A stretch of DNA of 32,000 bases from Phycisphaera mikurensis NBRC 102666. GTDB lineage: Bacteria; Planctomycetota; Phycisphaerae; Phycisphaerales; Phycisphaeraceae. Where the stretch lies: assembly GCF_000284115.1 (NCBI RefSeq), contig NC_017080.1, positions 3,390,001 through 3,422,000 of the forward strand, in the 5' to 3' direction. A model generated the notes under the pieces. It worked only from the letters and a program-made list of their open reading frames with translations. It did no database searches and had not been told where the DNA came from. The translations under genes were made by a program, and so were the position numbers. The number at the start of each line of letters is the position of its first letter. Position 1 is the first letter of the stretch. Shown piece after piece: positions 26,070 to 32,000 of the stretch.

Positions 26070-27614
26070 TCAGGCCGCCGCATTCTCGCTCCTCGCAGCA
26101 AGCCGCGGGAACTCCGGCCGCAGCGCCGCGTAGAGACGGTCGTGCTGCGCCATCCGGCAGGCGTGCCGCTTCGTCGCGGCTTCATCGGGCTCCTGCCGCG
26201 TGCTCTCCTCGATGCCGGCGGTGGCCTCCTGGACCGACGACCACACGCCGGCGCCCACGCCGGCGAGCAGCGCCACGCCGTAGGCCGGCGCGTCGGCCGC
26301 GGCGTTGGTGAGCACCGTGGGCGCGTCGGCCGCGTCGGCGAGGACCTGCCGCCACAACCCCGAGCGGCTCCCGCCGCCGGCCATCCGCAGCCGGTCCACC
26401 GGGAGCTTCAGCTGCTCGCGGAGCAGCTTCACCTGCACGGCCATGCCGTAGCCCACGCCCTCGAGCAGCGCCCGCGTCATCGCCCCGCGCCCGTGCGAGG
26501 GGTTCAGGCCCAGGAAGCAGCCGCGGGCGTCGGGATCGGGGTGGGGGCACCGCTCACCGGTCAGGTAGGGAAGGAAGTACAGCCCGTCGGTGGCCGAGGC
26601 GCCGGCTTTCTCGGCCTCCTTCACGAGATCCCCGACCTCCGTGCCCTCCGCGACCGCTTCGTTCCACCACGCGAGGCTCCCGGCGGCCGAGAGCATGCAG
26701 CCGAAGACGCACCAGGCCCCTTCCACCGCGTGGCACATCGTGTGCAGCCGGCCCCCGGGCTCGGCCTCGAAGCGGTCGGCGTGGGCGAAGACCACGCCGG
26801 AGGTGCCCAGCGTCGCCGACGCGAGGCCGGCCCTCACGATGCCCATGCCGATCGCGCCCGCGGCCTGGTCGCCCGCCCCGCCGACCACCGGCGTGCCGGA
26901 AGCGATGCCCAGCGAGCGGGCGGCGCCCGCGGTCAACCCGCCGGTGGGCGAGTGGGAGTCGTCCGCGCAGACGGGCAGCAGGTCGGGGTCCAGGCCGAGC
27001 TTCTGGATCAACTTCCGGTGCCAGCGCCGCTTCTTCACGTGGTACAGCCCCGTGCCCGAGGCGTCGCTGGGCTCGGCCGCCAGCTCGTGGGTGAGCCGGT
27101 AGCGGACGTAGTCCTTGGGGAGCAGCAGCTTCTTCGTAGCGCCCCACACATCGGGCTCGTGCTCCCGCACCCACAGCGCTTTGGGCGCCTGGAAGCCGGG
27201 CAGCGCCGGGCTGCCGGTCCGGGCGATCAGCTTCTTCCGCCCGCCGGCGGCGTCGACGACGTCGCCGCACTGCGGCACCGCCCGCTGGTCGTTCCAGAGG
27301 ATCGCCGGCCGCAGCGGCACGAGGTCCGCGCCGCGGGCGCCCTTCTTCTTGTCGCCCAGAAACACGGCGCCGTGCATCTGCCCCGAGAGGCCGATCGCCT
27401 TCACGTCGTCCTTGCCCAGCTCCGCCTCGCTCATCACCGCCCGGGTCGCTCTGCCCACGGCCGTCCACCACTTCGCCGCGTCCTGCTCGCTGTGCCCCGG
27501 CGCCGGCCGCTGCACCGTGTGCCGTGCCGTCGCGCCCGCGAGCACGCGGCCGTCCTCGTCGATGAGCAGGGCTTTGGTGCCGGAGGTTCCGATGTCGAGT
27601 CCGAGGAGAGGCAT
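26070..27614 (-). CDS. xylB: Xylulokinase (FGGY carbohydrate kinase)
   Basis: MPLLGLDIGTSGTKALLIDEDG, GLSGQMHGAVFLG, LLPKDYVRYRLTHELAAEPSDASGTGLY, GGAGDQAAGAIGMGIV, PYLTGERCPHPDPDARG. Confidence 0.95.
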   Translation of the reverse strand: MPLLGLDIGTSGTKALLIDEDGRVLAGATARHTVQRPAPGHSEQDAAKWWTAVGRATRAVMSEAELGKDDVKAIGLSGQMHGAVFLGDKKKGARGADLVPLRPAILWNDQRAVPQCGDVVDAAGGRKKLIARTGSPALPGFQAPKALWVREHEPDVWGATKKLLLPKDYVRYRLTHELAAEPSDASGTGLYHVKKRRWHRKLIQKLGLDPDLLPVCADDSHSPTGGLTAGAARSLGIASGTPVVGGAGDQAAGAIGMGIVRAGLASATLGTSGVVFAHADRFEAEPGGRLHTMCHAVEGAWCVFGCMLSAAGSLAWWNEAVAEGTEVGDLVKEAEKAGASATDGLYFLPYLTGERCPHPDPDARGCFLGLNPSHGRGAMTRALLEGVGYGMAVQVKLLREQLKLPVDRLRMAGGGSRSGLWRQVLADAADAPTVLTNAAADAPAYGVALLAGVGAGVWSSVQEATAGIEESTRQEPDEAATKRHACRMAQHDRLYAALRPEFPRLAARSENAAA

Positions 27615-27659
27615 GGGGGGGAGACTAAAGGAGCGGCCTGCGGCCGCGGCTTTTTCTGG

Positions 27660-27843
27660 AAGAGACGAAGAGACGAAGAGACGCGGCGGGCGCGGATCGG
27701 GAACCCGAATCAGGTTGCCGCTCCTGGCAGATCCACGCGCGCGGAGCCGCCACGCGCAGAGACGAAGTCAGCAAGATCAAGAACGCCGCGCGGAGCAACG
27801 ACGCGCGTTGCCTGTCTCCGTCTCTTCGTCTCTCCGTCTCTTC
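27660..27843. repeat. Intergenic inverted-repeat element built of GAAGAGAC/CGTCTCTT units
   Basis: Left arm 27660..27683 and right arm 27820..27843 pair over 24 bp with one mismatch; a third AGAGACGAAG copy lies near 27759. Located between divergent xylB and the M48 gene. Confidence 0.7.
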
Positions 27844-27902
27844 GTCTCTCCGCCCCCCTCCCGTCTAGCCTCCCCCGCCCACGCCCAAAAGGACGATCCT
27901 TC

Positions 27903-28766
27903 ATGCGATTCCGAACCCACCGATCCCGTGGCCGCGGCGCCTCCTCCCTGCTCGGGGGGCGCGGCGGCTCGCTCAAGATGCGGCTGTTGATCGGCGGCGG
28001 GCTCGCGCTGGTGGCGCTGTTCAGCTACTGGACCGCGTCGGACGTGAACCCGATCACCGGCGAGAGCCAGCGGATCTCGATGGAAGAGGTCGAGGAGGTG
28101 CGGCTGGGCCTCGCCAGCGCCCCGCAGATGGCGTCGGAGTTCGGTGGCGTCTCCAGCAACGCGCAGGGCCAGCGCCTGCTCGAAGAGATCGGCAGACGCC
28201 TCGTCGCGGCGATCCCGGAGGTGTACCCCCAGGCCGGCGAGATCCCCTGGGAGTTCAGCTTCACGCTGCTCGAGGACGACCAGACGGTGAACGCGTTTGC
28301 GCTGCCCGGCGGCCCGACCTTCATCACCGACGCGCTCTTCGACCGGCTCGAGACCGAGGACGAACTCGCCGGCGTCATGGGCCACGAGATCGTGCACGTG
28401 ATCCAGCGGCACGGGGCTGAGCGGATGCACAAGCAGAACCTCCTGCAGGGGCTCGCCGGCGCCGCCGTCGCGGGCACGGGCGAGTACACGGCCGCCGAGG
28501 TCGTCAGCTTCGTCGGCAACTTCAAGATGATGAGCTACGGCCGCGACCAGGAGACGCAGTGCGACCTGGAGGGTCTCAAGCTGATGGCCGCCGCCGGCTA
28601 CGACCCCTACGGCATGGTCCGCGTGATGGAGGTGCTGGCCGGCGCCAGCGGCGGGGCGAGCGGGCCGGAGTGGGCCAGCAGCCACCCGTCCCCGGAGGGT
28701 CGGATCGAGACGATCAAGCGGGAGATCCAGCGGCTCGGGCTGGGGGATCGAGCCGGGGTCCGGTAG
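27903..28766 (+). CDS. M48-family metalloprotease, membrane-anchored
   Basis: N-terminal TM (MRLLIGGGLALVALFSYW); HEIVHVIQRH zinc motif; NAFALPGGPTFITDALF; DQETQCDLEGLKLMAAAGYDPYGMVRVMEVL; SSHPSPEGRIETIK. Confidence 0.95.
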   Translation: MRFRTHRSRGRGASSLLGGRGGSLKMRLLIGGGLALVALFSYWTASDVNPITGESQRISMEEVEEVRLGLASAPQMASEFGGVSSNAQGQRLLEEIGRRLVAAIPEVYPQAGEIPWEFSFTLLEDDQTVNAFALPGGPTFITDALFDRLETEDELAGVMGHEIVHVIQRHGAERMHKQNLLQGLAGAAVAGTGEYTAAEVVSFVGNFKMMSYGRDQETQCDLEGLKLMAAAGYDPYGMVRVMEVLAGASGGASGPEWASSHPSPEGRIETIKREIQRLGLGDRAGVR

Positions 28767-28919
28767 GGTGAGCGGATGGGCTCGTCCGCCTCGCTCCAGC
28801 AGCTCCAGGCCCGACCGGGATCCGGCGGACCGCCTGGGCTCGAGCACCTCCGCACCCCCTCCCGCGACCTCCGCCTCGGCTGAGCCGGCCGCCCGCGCCC
28901 CCGCCGCAGGCGGAACCGA

Positions 28920-29885
28920 ATGCCCGACCCCCTGGTCATCATCGGCGACGCCGCGTGCGACGCCCGCGACTCCGCGAAGCGGGCGGGTTTCGAGCCGGTG
29001 GAGCTGCTGGGCGAGGAAGCGCTGCGTCGGCTCCGCGAGACGCCCGCCGACGCGCCGGTGCTCTTCACCGGCGCGATGGAGAACCGGCCCGACGTCATGA
29101 AAGCGATCGCGGGCGAGCGTCGGCTGCTCGGCAGCCCGCCGGCCGCGGTGGCCGCCGTGCGGGACCCCGCGGCGCTCACCGACCTGCCGCCGTTCCCCGG
29201 GCTGCGCTTCCCGAAGACGAAGCCGCGGATCGGCGTTCTCGAGCGGGTCGTCCGCCGGATCGTCCCCGGCAAAATCGGCTCGCTCTACCTCGTCAAGCCG
29301 CTGGGTTCCTTCGGCGGGGAGGGCATCCGGCCGTGGAGCCGCAAGTCCCGCGTGCCGCCGGGCAGCTACCTCCAGCAGGCGGTCGAGGGCACGCCGATGT
29401 GCGCCGTGTACCAGAGCCGAGAGGGCTGGTCGGCCGTCCTCGCGGGCGTCACCGAGCAGCTCATCGGCGAGCCGAAGCTCGGTGCCGGTTGGTACGGGTG
29501 GTGCGGGAGCATCGGGCCGGTCGCGCTGTCGACGCGCGAGCGCGACGCGCTCTCGCACCTGGGCGTCGTGCTCGCCCAGCGGCACGACCTCCGCGGCGTC
29601 TTCGGCGTCGACCTCATCCGCGACCGCGCCGGCGATTGGTGGCCGGTGGAGGTGAACCCTCGATACGTTCCCTCGGTCGACGTGCTCGAACGCGCGGCGT
29701 CGGGCCAGAGCCTGCTGGGGGGCCGCCCCGCCGTGCCCAACGGCGGCGTGCAGCACGGTCTCGCGGTCGAGCACGACGCGGATCACCCCGCCGGCCGCGG
29801 TGCACGCTTCGTCGCGAGCGGCGCCGACCGTGCCGCCTGCTTCGGTTCGCTGCTGGCCGCCGCTACACGCTCACGCGGGGCTTGA
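28920..29885 (+). CDS. ATP-grasp-domain protein
   Basis: LYLVKPLGSFGGEGIRPW and VFGVDLIRDRAGDWWPVEVNPRYVPSVDVLERA are ATP-grasp-like ligand-binding segments. Confidence 0.85.
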   Translation: MPDPLVIIGDAACDARDSAKRAGFEPVELLGEEALRRLRETPADAPVLFTGAMENRPDVMKAIAGERRLLGSPPAAVAAVRDPAALTDLPPFPGLRFPKTKPRIGVLERVVRRIVPGKIGSLYLVKPLGSFGGEGIRPWSRKSRVPPGSYLQQAVEGTPMCAVYQSREGWSAVLAGVTEQLIGEPKLGAGWYGWCGSIGPVALSTRERDALSHLGVVLAQRHDLRGVFGVDLIRDRAGDWWPVEVNPRYVPSVDVLERAASGQSLLGGRPAVPNGGVQHGLAVEHDADHPAGRGARFVASGADRAACFGSLLAAATRSRGA

Positions 29886-30504
29886 GCTTCTTGAACAGCG
29901 CCGGGCCGATGCCCGACACCTCTTGAAGCTCGTCCACGGAGGCGAACGGCCGCCGCGCCAGGATCGCCGTCGCCGTCGCCGGACCCAGGCCCGGCAGCGC
30001 CGCAAGCTCGCGCTCGTCCGCCTCGTTGAGGTCCACGCGTCCGGCGGCGCCTCCACCCGACGCGGCTGGGTCGGCGGCGGCCCGCGGGCCGGTGGACCGC
30101 TTCGCCGGCCGCTTCTTGGGCCGCCCCGCGGCCGCCGATTTCTTCCCCGCGGGACGCGGCGCGGCGGCCGGTTCGTCGTCCTCCTCGTCGTCGCCGAGCA
30201 CCGCCACGACGGCCGCGGCGACGCCCGCCGCGAGCACGGCTCCAAGCGAAACCGCCGCCACCACCTGCAGCGTCGTCAACCCGCCGACCAGCCCGCTCTC
30301 AGAGTCGCCGGTGCCTGCGGCCGACCCGTGCCGGGGAGCGGCACCGGCGAGCGGCTCCCGCGGGAGCGGGCCGCGGGTGGAGGTGCTTTCGGCGGTGCGG
30401 CGTGGGGCCGCGCCCGCCCCAGCGCCGGCGTGGTGGTCGGTCTGCGGGATGGGCATGGCGGCCGGGTCCGCGTCGTCGTCTCGCTCGGGGAGGGGCTTGG
30501 GCAT
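29863..30504 (-). CDS. Helix-hairpin-helix (ComEA-like) domain protein with TM segment
   Basis: RVDLNEADERELAALPGLGPATATAILARRPFASVDELQEVSGIGPALFKKLKPRVSV at the C-terminus; TM LQVVAAVSLGAVLAAGVAAAVVAVL; 23-bp tail-to-tail overlap with the ATP-grasp gene. Confidence 0.85.
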   Translation of the reverse strand: MPKPLPERDDDADPAAMPIPQTDHHAGAGAGAAPRRTAESTSTRGPLPREPLAGAAPRHGSAAGTGDSESGLVGGLTTLQVVAAVSLGAVLAAGVAAAVVAVLGDDEEDDEPAAAPRPAGKKSAAAGRPKKRPAKRSTGPRAAADPAASGGGAAGRVDLNEADERELAALPGLGPATATAILARRPFASVDELQEVSGIGPALFKKLKPRVSV

Positions 30505-30680
30505 GCCGGACGCTACGCGCCGGAAGGATGCCAGGCGCGGCGGCCGCGGAGGCGACGCGAGCCCCGCCGCACCCCCTCCACCACGCGTGGCAGGCGGACG
30601 GCCCGGGATCGGCGCCCGGAGATCCACCCAATTCTGCGGCTTCGCTCACCCTTTGCTCACGCAACGCTCATACTCGATGG

Positions 30681-31442
30681 ATGGCTCCAGCTTCCTCCCC
30701 ACCCGCGGCCGCCGCGACGGCCACCGATCCCGCGGCGGCGGCGAGCCGGCTGCGCACCGTGCTGCTGCGCGTCTGCTGGATCGCCATCCCCGTGCTCGCG
30801 CTGATGAACGTGCTCGACCGGGTGCTCGACGACCGCCTGCCGATCGCCACGCTGAACATGGTGATGGGCAAGTTCCACATGGACTTCGACCTCTCGATCC
30901 CCGCGTGGTTCACGGTCCAGCTCATCTTCCTCTCCGCCGCGGTCACCGGCGGCCTGGCCTGGCGGGCGTGGCGGCGCGGCGGCCCCGACGCGTGGCGGTA
31001 CACGCTCCTCGCGGGGGTGCTGTTGTTTCTCTCCGCGGACGAGTCCGCGGGGCTGCACGAGCTGCTCGGAACCGCCATGCGGGAGCGGCTGAATCTCTCG
31101 GGGCTGCTCTTCTTCGGGTGGATGATCCCGGTGGGGCTTGCCGCCGCGGGCGTGGGCGTCTGCATGATCCCGCTGCTCAAGCGGCTGCCGGCGGCCACCC
31201 GCAACACGATGATCCTCGGCGGCGGCGTCTACATCCTGGGAGCCGCCGGCCTGGAGATGCTCGCCGGCCCCTTCGCCGAGGCCGGCAACGGCCAGGGCAT
31301 CGAGTTCTTCACGCTGATGACCGTCGAGGAGTGCCTCGAGATGGCGGGCATGCTCATCTACCTGCAGGCCGCCAGCGCCTTCCTGCTCGGGCAGGTGGAG
31401 GTGCCGCTGCGCGAGCCCGACGCCGCGGTCGCGATCGCCTGA
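30681..31442 (+). CDS. Polytopic membrane protein of unknown function
   Basis: Six or so hydrophobic segments (VLLRVCWIAIPVLALMNVLDRVL; WFTVQLIFLSAAVTGGLAW; WRYTLLAGVLLFLSADESAGLHELLG); ATG at 30681. Confidence 0.8.
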   Translation: MAPASSPPAAAATATDPAAAASRLRTVLLRVCWIAIPVLALMNVLDRVLDDRLPIATLNMVMGKFHMDFDLSIPAWFTVQLIFLSAAVTGGLAWRAWRRGGPDAWRYTLLAGVLLFLSADESAGLHELLGTAMRERLNLSGLLFFGWMIPVGLAAAGVGVCMIPLLKRLPAATRNTMILGGGVYILGAAGLEMLAGPFAEAGNGQGIEFFTLMTVEECLEMAGMLIYLQAASAFLLGQVEVPLREPDAAVAIA

Positions 31443-31534
31443 TCCCAAGCCCGCGGCCGGGGGCACCGCAGCCGCCGCCCCCGCGGATCGCCGCCCCGGC
31501 CGGGCTGGAAGGCACGCGGTCCGCGGCGCGTCGC

Positions 31535-32000
31535 TCAAACGATCGAGTCGATGATCCCGCCCTCGCAGCGGAGCGTCGCGCCGGTGGTGGCCGAAGCGAG
31601 CGGCGACACGGCGAAGGCGACCAGGTCCGCGACCTCCTCCGGTGTCGCGAAGCGGGCGATCAGCGAGCCCGGCCGCTGCTCCTCGAAGAACCGCGTCTTC
31701 ATCTCGTCCACGCTCAAGCCCTTCTCCGCCGCGACCTGCTCCACGAAGGCCGCGACGCCCTCGGTCCAGGTCGGCCCCGGCAGCACGCTGTTCACCGTGA
31801 TCCCGCTGCCCCCAAGCTCCTTCGCGAGCCCGCGTGACAGCGCCAGCTGGGCGCTCTTGGTCACCCCGTAGTGGATCATCTCCTCGGGCGTGCACACGCC
31901 CGACTCGCTGGAGATGAAGACCACGCGGCCCCAGCCGGCGTGCTTCATCCGCGGCAGCAGCGCCCGCGTCATCCGAACCCCCGACATCACGTTCAGATCG
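31535..32000 (-). CDS. SDR-family oxidoreductase, truncated by the window edge
   Basis: DLNVMSGVRMTRALLPRMKHAGWGRVVFISSESGVCTPEEMIHYGVTKSAQLALSRGLAKELGGSGITVNSVLPGPTWTEG; YxxxK catalytic pair; the 5' end lies beyond 32000. Confidence 0.92.
   Translation of the reverse strand, partial: DLNVMSGVRMTRALLPRMKHAGWGRVVFISSESGVCTPEEMIHYGVTKSAQLALSRGLAKELGGSGITVNSVLPGPTWTEGVAAFVEQVAAEKGLSVDEMKTRFFEEQRPGSLIARFATPEEVADLVAFAVSPLASATTGATLRCEGGIIDSIV

Noticed and set aside
25848-28766. 972-aa plus-strand ORF
   Set aside because: Only 27903..28766 is the M48 protease. The rest is antisense to CorA and xylB with spurious composition.
1-32000. Possible CRISPR, tRNA/rRNA, transposon, prophage or defence island
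   Set aside because: No regularly spaced direct repeats, no cloverleaf or rRNA-like sequence, no transposase/integrase/helicase/nuclease clusters noticed by eye. A tRNAscan-SE, Infernal and DefenseFinder run would be the decisive check.

Overview
High-GC (roughly 70% by eye) bacterial chromosomal segment. Gene content and protein style suggest Planctomycetota, possibly Phycisphaerae-like (inference, not tested). It is densely packed with about 30 credible protein-coding genes. Left to right: clpP; a small lipoprotein; ROK sugar kinase plus SIS/GmhA-like isomerase; alpha/beta-hydrolase lipoprotein; NSS sodium symporter with a 31-aa MetS-like small subunit; VTT/DedA-like membrane protein; MFS transporter; orphan GspE-N-like protein; SH3-domain protein divergent from an atypical subtilisin-like protein coupled to a lipoprotein; Cof-type HAD phosphatase; argC; lepB plus DUF1802-like; DUF501-like; unknown proteins; UDP-glucuronate decarboxylase-like epimerase; mannose-1-phosphate guanylyltransferase; APH-like kinase; PDZ protein; GbsR/MarR regulator plus unknowns; CorA-like transporter; xylB; M48 metalloprotease; ATP-grasp protein; HhH protein; membrane protein; and a truncated SDR. 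I found no rRNA, tRNA, CRISPR array, transposase, phage module or recognisable defence or secondary-metabolite cluster. I do not see a convincing new multi-gene system. The best leads are modest: an intergenic inverted-repeat element at 27.66-27.84 kb, a HAD gene whose catalytic motif lies upstream of every canonical start codon, a subtilisin-like protein lacking the expected Asp, recurring CCGCGG-W-CCGCGG hairpins near gene ends, and several small or unknown proteins in coupled positions. Most long ORFs in the supplied track are spurious antisense or out-of-frame products of high GC.
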